64,000 nucleotides of DNA from a virus, in the IMG/VR virus record IMGVR_UViG_3300032246_001783, positions 7,592 to 71,591 of that record; one strand, 5' to 3'. The notes beneath the pieces are model-generated. The model was not told the origin of the DNA. It did not search any database and worked only from the letters and a program-made list of their open reading frames with translations. Shown piece by piece: positions 1 through 8,312 of this stretch. The translations under genes were made by a program, and so were the position numbers. The number at the start of each line of letters is the position of its first letter. Within the stretch, counting starts at the first letter, position 1.

Positions 1-14
1 TTACAATTAAGCAG

Positions 15-43
15 TTGACACACAACTAGTACTAGTGCATAAT
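15..43 (+). promoter_or_regulatory. sigma70-type early promoter
   Basis: TTGACA(15-20), 17-nt spacer, CATAAT(38-43), upstream of the ORF at 78. Confidence 0.75.
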
Positions 44-77
44 ACACACACTGCAACAACACAACAGAGAGCACACA

Positions 78-320
78 ATGTTTGCACAAGCACGTAACAC
101 TCTAGCACAAGCTGTCATTCGCTATAACAAACAAAAAAAGCTGTACAAACTGCTAGTAGCATTTAATGTTACAGAACGCAATGAGAAGGGGCAATTAAAG
201 TTTCCCGTACCCGCTCGGTGTGCTTATGTTAGCGGCGACTTTGAGTTCGAAGAACTGTCTACACAAATATCTCGTGCAGCACAACATATTAGCTCTGACA
301 ATATTGTGCTGACTTTTTAA
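78..320 (+). CDS. hypothetical early protein
   Basis: 80-aa ORF with AGAGAG SD-like sequence, flanked by a promoter and a terminator. Confidence 0.7.
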   Translation: MFAQARNTLAQAVIRYNKQKKLYKLLVAFNVTERNEKGQLKFPVPARCAYVSGDFEFEELSTQISRAAQHISSDNIVLTF

Positions 321-353
321 TTGAGTTTAAGTTTTAATCGCGTTCATAGATTT

Positions 354-380
354 AAGCAGCCCGCAAGGCTGCTTTTTTTT
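354..380 (+). terminator. Rho-independent terminator
   Basis: AAGCAGCC-cgcaa-GGCTGCTT stem followed by a T run. Confidence 0.85.
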
Positions 381-607
381 GGGAGAGGGTGGGGGGTACT
401 GGGGTTATAATTTTAAAACCTTAACTAATAACTTGCAAGCCGCTTGCTAAAAATTCTCTCCTAACTCTCAAAAATTCTCTACTCTAGTAAAACCCCTACC
501 CAGTGTTAGATAGAATCACCAGGGGCCGAGATCTCCAAACCTGCTTTTTTTTGCGTAGCAATTTTTTTGTATTGCATATAGCCCCTCGAGCACCGATAAA
601 TAAATTT

Positions 608-1213
608 ATGAGACTTTCTGAACTTACTGGTTATAAAAATCTCCCACAATATAAAACTCTCACTGCTGATCCTTCAATAAAGCAGTTCGTAGATGCAGCT
701 GAACAAAAGGGATGGGTAATGTATGGTGCCGGTCAAAATGGTGTAGCTTTAAGGAATCCCGGTAAAGATTACATTTATAAAATATTCACTTCTCGCAGTG
801 AGCATATCGGGTATCATGCGTGGGTCAACTGGGTCATACAGCATCCAAACAATCCTTATGTTCCTAAAATAAGTCGTCCCATACTAATACCCAATACTGC
901 TCATGGACCTGCAGGTCGATTTCGGCGAGATATTTATTTTGTTCGAGTAGAAGTTCTCGATCCTGCTCGTGGAGAAAATGATCCTAGATTTGAGCGGTAT
1001 ATAAGTAAAACATATGATAGAACAAACCCCAATCGCTTCTTTCGCAATTTTGCCGCAGAACCTACGTTATTTGATCATGCCAAGGGTAGTTTATATGACA
1101 ATGACCCTGCGTTCAAAGAAATATGGAATTTTGCCAGTGATCAATTAGACCTAGGTATTGATAATGTAATGTTCAGGGGTAATCAGTTAGTGCTTACAGA
1201 TCCAATGGCTTAA
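608..1213 (+). CDS. Ser/Thr protein kinase-like protein (T7 gp0.7-like)
   Basis: Gly loop YGAGQNGVA, Lys in YIYKIF, catalytic loop DLGIDNVMF, terminal LVLTDP; start moved to ATG 608 behind ATAAATA. Confidence 0.65.
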   Translation: MRLSELTGYKNLPQYKTLTADPSIKQFVDAAEQKGWVMYGAGQNGVALRNPGKDYIYKIFTSRSEHIGYHAWVNWVIQHPNNPYVPKISRPILIPNTAHGPAGRFRRDIYFVRVEVLDPARGENDPRFERYISKTYDRTNPNRFFRNFAAEPTLFDHAKGSLYDNDPAFKEIWNFASDQLDLGIDNVMFRGNQLVLTDPMA

Positions 1214-1338
1214 TATAGTTGTATTTAAAAAAACTTTGCTGTTAAATAGATTCAGTTCTTTAAAATTTTTTTGCAGAGTTTTTCACTCTGCTGCTAAGAC
1301 CGGTGTGAACCACAACCCCGTGGGCAACCCTTTATTTC

Positions 1339-1539
1339 CTATAGTATTAGATAAGGACCTGTATGTGCCATGCTCATCAGCAGCCACATTAGACTCATGG
1401 AGTTTGATGAACCGCACACTATGCTGTCTAGATTGGGATTAATTATACTGACCGCAAATCCTATCAAAAACAGGGGTGCTGGAGCATATTTGACCAATTG
1501 TTTTGCATAGTAAAATAACTGTAAACGGCCCCATTTCAT
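1339..1539 (-). CDS. small membrane protein
   Basis: Two hydrophobic segments; GTAAATA motif 8 nt before the ATG at 1539. Confidence 0.45.
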   Translation of the reverse strand: MKWGRLQLFYYAKQLVKYAPAPLFLIGFAVSIINPNLDSIVCGSSNSMSLMWLLMSMAHTGPYLIL

Positions 1540-1600
1540 ATATAAGTTATTTACACACACACATTAAGATTTTATATCTGTTCATGTGGTAAATATCTGT

Positions 1601-1852
1601 ATGAGAGCATTATGGGATCTGCATCCACTACTGCCTTATCAAGCAGTGGCTCCGTGGCCCATTGTGGAAACCCGGGGTCATCCTGATTGGATTGCCAGTG
1701 TATTCTATGTAGAGTCTTGGTTAAATGACCATATAGGGTCACATTTTACCGATTGGACCTGGTACATGTGGAATCTCGAATCTCCCCATCTCTGTGGTGT
1801 AGGTTTTCGTAAAGAATCTAACTGTACACTATTTTTGCTTAAATTTTCTTAA
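1601..1852 (+). CDS. hypothetical protein
   Basis: Trp-rich ORF; ATG 5 nt after GTAAATA. Confidence 0.6.
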   Translation: MRALWDLHPLLPYQAVAPWPIVETRGHPDWIASVFYVESWLNDHIGSHFTDWTWYMWNLESPHLCGVGFRKESNCTLFLLKFS

Positions 1853-1958
1853 AATCTATCTGTTGATTAACATAACATCTGAGTAACAGTTGTAATGTAT
1901 ATAAAGGCTAAATATTTTTCTAATCACATTTATGTGTATATAAAAAAGGAGTCATAAC

Positions 1959-2192
1959 ATGTCCGAGCAAAACAATTCACTAGCACAAGCCACAGCAGAA
2001 GCTGTAGAGGGTGCAGTCACAGGCAAGAAGTTCTGGATGAGCAAGACCTTTTGGGTCAATGTATTAGCCGGTGCAGCCATGCTGGCTCAAATGCGAGTAG
2101 GTTTTGTGGTCAGCCCTGAGTTACAGGCCATGGGTTTAACTGTGGTCAATCTAGTGCTACGCAAGATCACCAAAGAGCCAGTTACTTGGTAA
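1959..2192 (+). CDS. holin-like small membrane protein
   Basis: AAGGAG SD; KKFWMSKTFWVN followed by two TM segments and a basic C-terminus. Confidence 0.5.
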   Translation: MSEQNNSLAQATAEAVEGAVTGKKFWMSKTFWVNVLAGAAMLAQMRVGFVVSPELQAMGLTVVNLVLRKITKEPVTW

Positions 2193-2211
2193 TATAGTCC
2201 AAGGCTGTGGG

Positions 2212-2892
2212 TTAGTCCCACAGCCCTTGATAATACTTACCAAACAGCCGCAAGCCGTTATTGATACGGGTTTGATGTTTCTGTAATCCTTCGTGGTCAA
2301 TTTTAAAAGTATCTTTAGGGCCCCGTTTCATTTCGTACATGGTGGGCTTGCCCTGTTCATTATGGGCACTGGGTTCAAAATAACTGTCATGCTCACCAGA
2401 ATAGTATTGCTGTTCCCAGTCGCAATCAGGGTGTTGTTGTTCAAAAGTCCAAATTAGTTCACTCATTACCCAATCCCATCTACGATGTAGATTTTCATCA
2501 GTGTCCCACTCATTTTCTTTGGGCTGTGCTTCTGTGGATCGCAGATTCATGCCCTCGGGTACATCCTCGTCGTCAACCAAGGCACTGCCCTTTTTGGTCG
2601 CTTGTAGTTGTTTGAGCATGGGTAAAATAATCATGCTCAGTGTACCATCCATGTTCCAAGTATCATAGTGGTCAATACGAATTTTTACTTTGCGGGTACG
2701 TTTTCGATCAAACCAATTGCAGAAATCATCCACCCATGTATTAGATAACCACTCACCTATGCGATCATGCAGCCGGTAATCCCACCGATCAATGAGATCA
2801 TCGCTGGGATAACGCTCGTGCCAAAAGAAAATGGTATCCACAATTTGATAAGGTCCCCAATAGTTTTTGTATGGTCCTATATACACTTTCAT
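2212..2892 (-). CDS. conserved phage hypothetical protein
   Basis: 226-aa ORF, AAGGA SD; DTWNMD and GLRLFGKYYQGLWD segments typical of T4-like phage hypotheticals. Confidence 0.75.
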   Translation of the reverse strand: MKVYIGPYKNYWGPYQIVDTIFFWHERYPSDDLIDRWDYRLHDRIGEWLSNTWVDDFCNWFDRKRTRKVKIRIDHYDTWNMDGTLSMIILPMLKQLQATKKGSALVDDEDVPEGMNLRSTEAQPKENEWDTDENLHRRWDWVMSELIWTFEQQHPDCDWEQQYYSGEHDSYFEPSAHNEQGKPTMYEMKRGPKDTFKIDHEGLQKHQTRINNGLRLFGKYYQGLWD

Positions 2893-2905
2893 GAGTTATT
2901 GTCCT

Positions 2906-3328
2906 TTAAGAAACATCTTCTGTTTTTCGATCACTGGGATATTTATTGCTGGCCATACGAATAACCAGAATGCTAATGGCCAGCACCAGAGTGGTCCCGC
3001 CCAGGGTAACTATTTCCCAAACGCGATCTGATCCCACAGCCACAAGGTCCACCAAGTGTCTAGTCAGTGCCGTGATTGCGATATAGACTAGAAATCTCAC
3101 TGGCATATGATTGGTCTTGAAATAGATACCCACCATGGCTCCAATTTCCAAATAGATAAACAGCAGCAGTAGATCCGGGATAGTGGCATGATGTTTTCCA
3201 AAAAACTCAACCACGGTCCAGCCAGCAGCCCATACAGTGGCAGCACCGATCACAAACAGAGCCAGTCTATGAAATAGACCCACCAGTACGTTGCCCACAG
3301 CATCAAGATTTTGTAATTGTTTTTCCAT
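2906..3328 (-). CDS. psiE: phosphate-starvation-inducible PsiE family membrane protein
   Basis: Four TM helices; DLLLLFIYLE and PVRFLVYIAITALTR motifs. Confidence 0.8.
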   Translation of the reverse strand: MEKQLQNLDAVGNVLVGLFHRLALFVIGAATVWAAGWTVVEFFGKHHATIPDLLLLFIYLEIGAMVGIYFKTNHMPVRFLVYIAITALTRHLVDLVAVGSDRVWEIVTLGGTTLVLAISILVIRMASNKYPSDRKTEDVS

Positions 3329-3359
3329 TTAATTCACACTCTTACAGATAGAGAATAAC

Positions 3360-3388
3360 AGTATAACTTCTTTGTTTAGTTTGTGCAA
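3360..3388 (-). promoter_or_regulatory. sigma70-type promoter upstream of psiE
   Basis: Minus strand TTGCAC-17-TATACT. Confidence 0.55.
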
Positions 3389-3463
3389 TTTTTTAAATCA
3401 AAATATACCAACTAAATAAAAATTAACAAATACAATAACTAGAACAAATAGGTTTATTAGGTC

Positions 3464-4192
3464 GTGATAATCAATTTATGGTCAACTCCCAGAACTGGCA
3501 GTGTATGGTACAGTTATTACCTACAGCATATAAATTCGGGTAGTCTACTGGTAACAGAAATGTTCAATCGATATCATATGAATATATATCACCATGTTGA
3601 TCCCGAGACCTCGATAATCACCAATCATCATCGATACTCGCCGGGGGTGTATTATAGAGATTATTATCTAGAAGATGGATTTTTAAAAATAAAGAAAATT
3701 TTTTCTCCTCGTGTGAGAAGCATAGAAGAACAAGAACTCTATGCCGTGGGTCTACTGCCAGCAGTTAGTAATAAACAAATTTTGATCATGCACAATCATG
3801 TGGATCCCATCAATCCTGCAGTTAGATCTATGTTAATGTCAATTGGAAAAAATATCTACATTTATAGAAAAAACCTAAGACAACAATTGGCCAGTTATGC
3901 CATTGCCTATTCTACTAAACAATTTGCAAATTTTAATAATAGACAGCCAAGTACATCATTGGTAGAGGATATCGATTCGAATGTGCTGCATAATCTTATC
4001 AGAAGAATTCAAATTTGGGACACTTTAGAAAAAGATAATAATCAAGTTATTGCCTATGAGGATATCGATTTCATAGAAATTCCTAATTTTCCCCTCAAAC
4101 AAAATAAAGATCACAACAGCAGACTCAGTGATAAAATGAAGGCAGTTATTGACCAACTAGCAACCGATTACGAAAGAGAAAGATCTAAATGA
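3464..4192 (+). CDS. sulfotransferase-like P-loop protein
   Basis: STPRTGS (5'-PSB-like), R...QLASY (3'-PB-like), YED motif. Confidence 0.55.
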   Translation: MIINLWSTPRTGSVWYSYYLQHINSGSLLVTEMFNRYHMNIYHHVDPETSIITNHHRYSPGVYYRDYYLEDGFLKIKKIFSPRVRSIEEQELYAVGLLPAVSNKQILIMHNHVDPINPAVRSMLMSIGKNIYIYRKNLRQQLASYAIAYSTKQFANFNNRQPSTSLVEDIDSNVLHNLIRRIQIWDTLEKDNNQVIAYEDIDFIEIPNFPLKQNKDHNSRLSDKMKAVIDQLATDYERERSK

Positions 4193-4833
4193 CCATTACA
4201 AACTCTATAAACATATGCGATGTTAACATTGATATTATTTCTGGGCCCATTGGAGTCTGTCACAGCGGTGGCGCAGATAGTGCCTTAATACTATATCTGA
4301 TTATGAAACATGCATCTGGTCCCATTCATGTTTACACCTGTTCCAGTCAACAGAAACATAATATTGCACCCAGAATCGCACTCAATGTTATTCTTAAATG
4401 TATGGAACTAACCGGCAAAAGAGATGTTTTCCATCATACTTTTTTTGTTGAAACACAAACTCTTAAATCTTTGTTGGATCCGATTATTTCGGATATAAAA
4501 AAACACGATCTTCAAATGGTCTATAACGGGGTAACAGCATTTCCATCTGTTGATACCATGAATGGATTTAAAAATAAAATTCCCGATATTTTCGACAGAA
4601 GAGATCCCACAGTCAAACGATCAGAATATCAAGGAACTGCAGATATTCCATTTTATTCCCCATTGACTAATGTTAACAAAAAGAAAGTTTTTGAAATGTA
4701 TCAGTCGCTGGAAATTTTAGACACAATATATCCGATAACTAGATCTTGTGAAAGTTTAACTTTAACCGAGGGACATTGCGGGGTCTGTTGGTGGTGTGAA
4801 GAAAGATTTTGGGCCTTTAATAAGTACAGTTAA
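4189..4833 (+). CDS. QueC-like PP-loop ATPase
   Basis: SGGADS PP-loop; C-terminal SC-x8-CxxCxxC zinc site (TRSCE...HCGVCWWCEER). Confidence 0.7.
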   Translation: MTITNSINICDVNIDIISGPIGVCHSGGADSALILYLIMKHASGPIHVYTCSSQQKHNIAPRIALNVILKCMELTGKRDVFHHTFFVETQTLKSLLDPIISDIKKHDLQMVYNGVTAFPSVDTMNGFKNKIPDIFDRRDPTVKRSEYQGTADIPFYSPLTNVNKKKVFEMYQSLEILDTIYPITRSCESLTLTEGHCGVCWWCEERFWAFNKYS

Positions 4834-4854
4834 AATTTAGAAAACATGTCTCAT

Positions 4855-5163
4855 TTAGGCCACCAACCAGTTGTAGTCTTGTTTTAGTCGCACAGTTTCA
4901 CGACCATCATATTCTTCAATTATGAATTCTGCGCCCAGGTCCACCCACTCAACGGTCAGACTCCATGCTGCGCCATAGTAGCCGTCCTGACCATAGGTGT
5001 GTTCGCAGTAGGGTATAATCCGTTCATGCTGCTCATTTTCCACCATGGCCACAATCTCGGGATCAAACAGAATTTCAGGCTTGTCTATCCAGGTAGACCA
5101 TCCTGCACCAAAACTCGGGGCAATCAACACTGCCACTTGACCATTTCGAATTACTCGATTCAT
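4855..5163 (-). CDS. hypothetical protein
   Basis: 102-aa ORF; FGAGWSTW and EYDGRE motifs common in large phages. Confidence 0.75.
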   Translation of the reverse strand: MNRVIRNGQVAVLIAPSFGAGWSTWIDKPEILFDPEIVAMVENEQHERIIPYCEHTYGQDGYYGAAWSLTVEWVDLGAEFIIEEYDGRETVRLKQDYNWLVA

Positions 5164-5193
5164 TTGCGTATCCTATAGTTAGGTGTACATACA

Positions 5194-5424
5194 TTACAGG
5201 TCAACTGACCAAGCCCAGTTGACCGTGATCCAATCTGTCAAACAGTCTTCAAATGAGTAGTCGCGGTCAATGACTTCTTGTCCGTACCGTTCACACATTT
5301 TCTTATACCAGTAGGGCCAGTAGGTCTGTCTGACATCATCTTCACTGACCGTTTCCACGTAGCCTCCACTGGCATCTGCTCGTGGATTACCTGGATTATA
5401 TTCGTTGTAAGAATAGTATCTCAT
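5194..5424 (-). CDS. hypothetical protein
   Basis: ATGA-coupled to the upstream ORF; start taken at MRYYS. Confidence 0.6.
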   Translation of the reverse strand: MRYYSYNEYNPGNPRADASGGYVETVSEDDVRQTYWPYWYKKMCERYGQEVIDRDYSFEDCLTDWITVNWAWSVDL

Positions 5425-5633
5425 TTCCGGCCCCACCTTAGCGCATATGGCTGTTTGCCCCAAATACGAACATCAATTTGCCTGATATCAACCTTACATC
5501 TTCGGTAGACAGCAAGAGCATGTTTTAGATTATAGCATACCTGAAAATTTCTAGATCCGCCATCTGTCTTATGTACTTTACCAGTGTGGACATAGTATCG
5601 CTTTTTTGACGGCACATATCTGATCTTATTCAT
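5421..5633 (-). CDS. hypothetical basic protein
   Basis: Overlap-coupled within the operon. Confidence 0.55.
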   Translation of the reverse strand: MNKIRYVPSKKRYYVHTGKVHKTDGGSRNFQVCYNLKHALAVYRRCKVDIRQIDVRIWGKQPYALRWGRK

Positions 5634-5961
5634 AATTGTTCCACTCGGTGAGAACGAATTTCAGACTGGCCCAGGCCTTGCCCTCCGCATCAATCTCTAC
5701 GGTGACTTCAAAGCCACCTGAAGAACTCAAATACTGTTTACCCTCATTATCACGAGCCCACTCAATGCCCTCAATCAGGCGGCGACGAGCCTCGGTTCGC
5801 AGTTGGATAACATCAGGAACAAAAACTTGTTCAGGTTTATCTGGAAAATGTTTATGCCAGGTCCAACCCAGATAGGTCATTACACTGTGAACACGAGCAA
5901 AGTCAAAGTTCTCCAGAATTTCCCAGACTACATTGTGATCGCTTTCAGTCAAGTTTGCCAT
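5626..5961 (-). CDS. hypothetical protein
   Basis: GGAGG SD; coupled ORF. Confidence 0.7.
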   Translation of the reverse strand: MANLTESDHNVVWEILENFDFARVHSVMTYLGWTWHKHFPDKPEQVFVPDVIQLRTEARRRLIEGIEWARDNEGKQYLSSSGGFEVTVEIDAEGKAWASLKFVLTEWNNYE

Positions 5962-6232
5962 TTTTCAAATCCTCCGCTAATCGTTTGTGAAAAGTATCTT
6001 CGCCATCGTCGCCGCTGACCAGCCAGTCGATGCGTTGAGCGTAAATCAGAGCCTGATTCAACAGTTCAACACCACGCTTGAATTCCCTAATGGTTTCATC
6101 TGAGTATTCACGACCCTTAGTATAGCCCCAATCGTTGAGTTCTTTAGAATGATTGTCCCGAATCAGTTGCTCAACAGCATCTGAGATGTAGCCTAACCGA
6201 TACTGTTGGTATTCAAAAAAGCCCCCACTCAT
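5945..6232 (-). CDS. hypothetical protein
   Basis: MSGGFFEY...IDWLVSGDDGE, a common phage family; ATGA coupling. Confidence 0.75.
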   Translation of the reverse strand: MSGGFFEYQQYRLGYISDAVEQLIRDNHSKELNDWGYTKGREYSDETIREFKRGVELLNQALIYAQRIDWLVSGDDGEDTFHKRLAEDLKNGKLD

Positions 6233-6450
6233 AGTTCAACTCCAAAATGTTTTTTAACCTCTGCACGGGAATGCCAAGGTTCATCATCTTCAGAAGGATC
6301 CAGTAAAAAACTGTACACCTCGTCAATAATCAACTCGGCGAACTTTTCCATATGTTCCTCTACCGCCAACTCATGACCTTTATAGTTAACTGGCATATAT
6401 GCTCCGAGACCAGAGCGATCATAAAGAGTCAGTAAAAGTCGTTTTTTCAT
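6229..6450 (-). CDS. short protein, KFAELI...HFGVE family
   Basis: Shares motifs with neighbouring ORFs; ATGA overlaps. Confidence 0.7.
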   Translation of the reverse strand: MKKRLLLTLYDRSGLGAYMPVNYKGHELAVEEHMEKFAELIIDEVYSFLLDPSEDDEPWHSRAEVKKHFGVEL

Positions 6451-6659
6451 TCTTCAACTCCGAAATGTTCTTTATACAATGGTAGCAACCGTTCAATAGC
6501 AGTGATTGACAATTCTTTTGAATTTAATTTCAGACATTCCTTCACAATCAACTCGGCGAACTTTTCAATTGCCTTATGTTCATAGTCGTCCATTTCATCC
6601 CAGCATCCTTGTGCTGTTAATCCTGCATGATACATCAGGTCTTCTATTCGTTTGTTCAT
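6447..6659 (-). CDS. short protein, KFAELI...HFGVEE family
   Basis: EKFAELIVKEC and HFGVEE. Confidence 0.75.
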   Translation of the reverse strand: MNKRIEDLMYHAGLTAQGCWDEMDDYEHKAIEKFAELIVKECLKLNSKELSITAIERLLPLYKEHFGVEE

Positions 6660-6880
6660 TCTTCAACTCCGAAATATTTAATGATTAAGTCTAATGCCGC
6701 AATGTGTTGAACGTTGCCGGTCACATCTTCTGGATGCATCCAATAGCCATTAGGATTGGTGTCTGACTGTGGATTCTTTTCCCATCGTGCTAGTTCTTTT
6801 TTAAGATACGCCCGTTGTTCTTTTAGCACAGCCAAAGCAATGCCGTCTGCAATTTCTGCATCTAATTCAATTTTTTTCAT
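6656..6880 (-). CDS. short protein ending YFGVEE
   Basis: Same junction as its neighbours, but an unrelated body. Confidence 0.7.
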   Translation of the reverse strand: MKKIELDAEIADGIALAVLKEQRAYLKKELARWEKNPQSDTNPNGYWMHPEDVTGNVQHIAALDLIIKYFGVEE

Positions 6881-7125
6881 TCTTCAACTCCAAAATGATA
6901 CTTCATTTTTGCCACAAGGTGACCACGGAATGCGTTCTCGATCTGATCACGATAATCGCCGTACCATGACGGGTAGTTCTCCACGATGCCGATACATTCC
7001 TGCACAATCAACTGGGCAAACTTTTCCAGGAACAACCTTTGTTGTTCTTCGAACGAAGCATCCGAGTGTTCATTACCAACATAGAAGTCGCAATGTTCAG
7101 CAAGTTCAAGAATTCGGTGGTTCAC
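6877..7125 (-). CDS. short protein, KFAQLI...HFGVEE family
   Basis: EKFAQLIVQEC and HFGVEE. Confidence 0.7.
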   Translation of the reverse strand: MNHRILELAEHCDFYVGNEHSDASFEEQQRLFLEKFAQLIVQECIGIVENYPSWYGDYRDQIENAFRGHLVAKMKYHFGVEE

Positions 7126-7306
7126 GATTCAAATTCTCCCGGATAAGTTGTTCTAACTCTGCGTACTCTTTTGGATTGCGGTCAATAATTTCTTCAACTA
7201 CACTATCCAATTCCGCAATACTTCGCAACTTGTTTTTTGGATTTCGCATATGATTGAGCATTTCATCTAGAGTGTATTGTTTTCCTGTATTGTTAAATTT
7301 GATCAC
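7106..7306 (-). CDS. hypothetical protein
   Basis: Overlap-coupled ORF. Confidence 0.55.
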   Translation of the reverse strand: MIKFNNTGKQYTLDEMLNHMRNPKNKLRSIAELDSVVEEIIDRNPKEYAELEQLIRENLNREPPNS

Positions 7307-7637
7307 GATTCATTTCCTCAGTAGGATAATCTGAATATACCTTAATGGTCAGACCAGGATCACTTTTGCATTCTTCTAGCCAGCCATTGAGTATTGATTG
7401 GGTTAAGAAACTTAAACCTTGATTATGTTTAAAACAACGATAGATGCTGCCCGAATGGTTTAAAAATTCAAAAGCATCGCCAAGGTCCGCAGTATTAACT
7501 ACACCAGAACTCAACTTCCAAGAGTCAGCGCCGGCAAATCCGCCATACCAGCCAGCCAGTATTTTTTGAGTAATGCCTTCTGCTTGTTGAAACTCAACCA
7601 TTACCCATCGATCGGGTGTATAAATTTGACTGTTCAC
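7293..7637 (-). CDS. hypothetical protein
   Basis: YTPDRWV...GWYGG...SWKLSSG, a common phage family; GGAG SD. Confidence 0.75.
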   Translation of the reverse strand: MNSQIYTPDRWVMVEFQQAEGITQKILAGWYGGFAGADSWKLSSGVVNTADLGDAFEFLNHSGSIYRCFKHNQGLSFLTQSILNGWLEECKSDPGLTIKVYSDYPTEEMNRDQI

Positions 7638-7663
7638 AAGTTAACTCCGGTTTTCTAGTATAT

Positions 7664-7692
7664 AGTATAACACAGAGTGATCAATTGGTCAA
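7664..7692 (-). promoter_or_regulatory. sigma70-type promoter
   Basis: Minus strand TTGACC-17-TATACT. Confidence 0.7.
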
Positions 7693-7699
7693 GGCGAGA

Positions 7700-7915
7700 C
7701 TATTTGTTTTTGGGTACTTGTTTGCGTAGCCCATTCATCCAATTGAGCACACTTTGATCGATAAGCGGTTCGATCGAGTCGTCGGAATTTTTGAACCCGT
7801 CCCTCATAACATCACGAATTGCTTCTCGTAGAGCATTGTGATCTGGATGTGTAGCAATTAAGGCCTTGACCATTACACTCAATGCTACAAATTGTGCCGC
7901 ACTTTTTTCGTCCAT
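7700..7915 (-). CDS. hypothetical protein
   Basis: 71-aa ORF, AGGTG SD. Confidence 0.6.
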   Translation of the reverse strand: MDEKSAAQFVALSVMVKALIATHPDHNALREAIRDVMRDGFKNSDDSIEPLIDQSVLNWMNGLRKQVPKNK

Positions 7916-7958
7916 TTGTCACCTGAAAATTTTAGGATGTCGTTCGATTAGTTGCTGT

Positions 7959-8312
7959 TTAATTTTTTGGCTCATTTTTTGTTTGCTCAATTTCATCAAT
8001 AGCAGATTGTAGTGCAGCAGCATAGTTTAGCGCAACTTGTTTGGAAAACAAAGATGCTGATTCGTATTTGATTACACCAGTGGTCAATAACTGCCAAATC
8101 TGCTGCCAACGACTTGCTCGCCACGCACTGGTATGCTGCTGAGTGTATACAGAGACGACCACATCGTCCTCATCAAAGTCTACGTCAACTATGTGGTTAC
8201 AACTCGGTTCACCGCAGTTACAGTCTACACGGAATCTCTTCCATGTGGGCCTATCTTCTAGTTTAGCAATCTGTGTTGCCGGAGTTTCTGGTTTCATTAC
8301 GTTTATTCTCAA
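7959..8312 (-). CDS. hypothetical protein (CxC...CxH)
   Basis: 117-aa ORF; true start probably MKPET. Confidence 0.6.
   Translation of the reverse strand: MRINVMKPETPATQIAKLEDRPTWKRFRVDCNCGEPSCNHIVDVDFDEDDVVVSVYTQQHTSAWRASRWQQIWQLLTTGVIKYESASLFSKQVALNYAAALQSAIDEIEQTKNEPKN

Larger units (their letters stand above)
6229..6897 (-). repeat. four copies of a 21-bp gene-junction repeat (C/T)ATTT(T/C)GGAGTTGAA(GA/CT)ATGA
   Basis: Copies at 6229-6249, 6447-6467, 6656-6676 and 6877-6897; spacing 218/209/221 bp. Confidence 0.9.

Noticed and set aside
503-607. N-terminal extensions given by the ORF track (503, 1586, 10797, 14664, 37205, 39120, 46510)
   Set aside because: Downstream starts fit the promoter/SD positions and protein motifs better.
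6229-6897. Regularly spaced 21-bp repeats as a CRISPR array
   Set aside because: The intervening sequences are ~190-200 bp intact ORFs, the repeats are coding and non-palindromic, and no cas genes are present.
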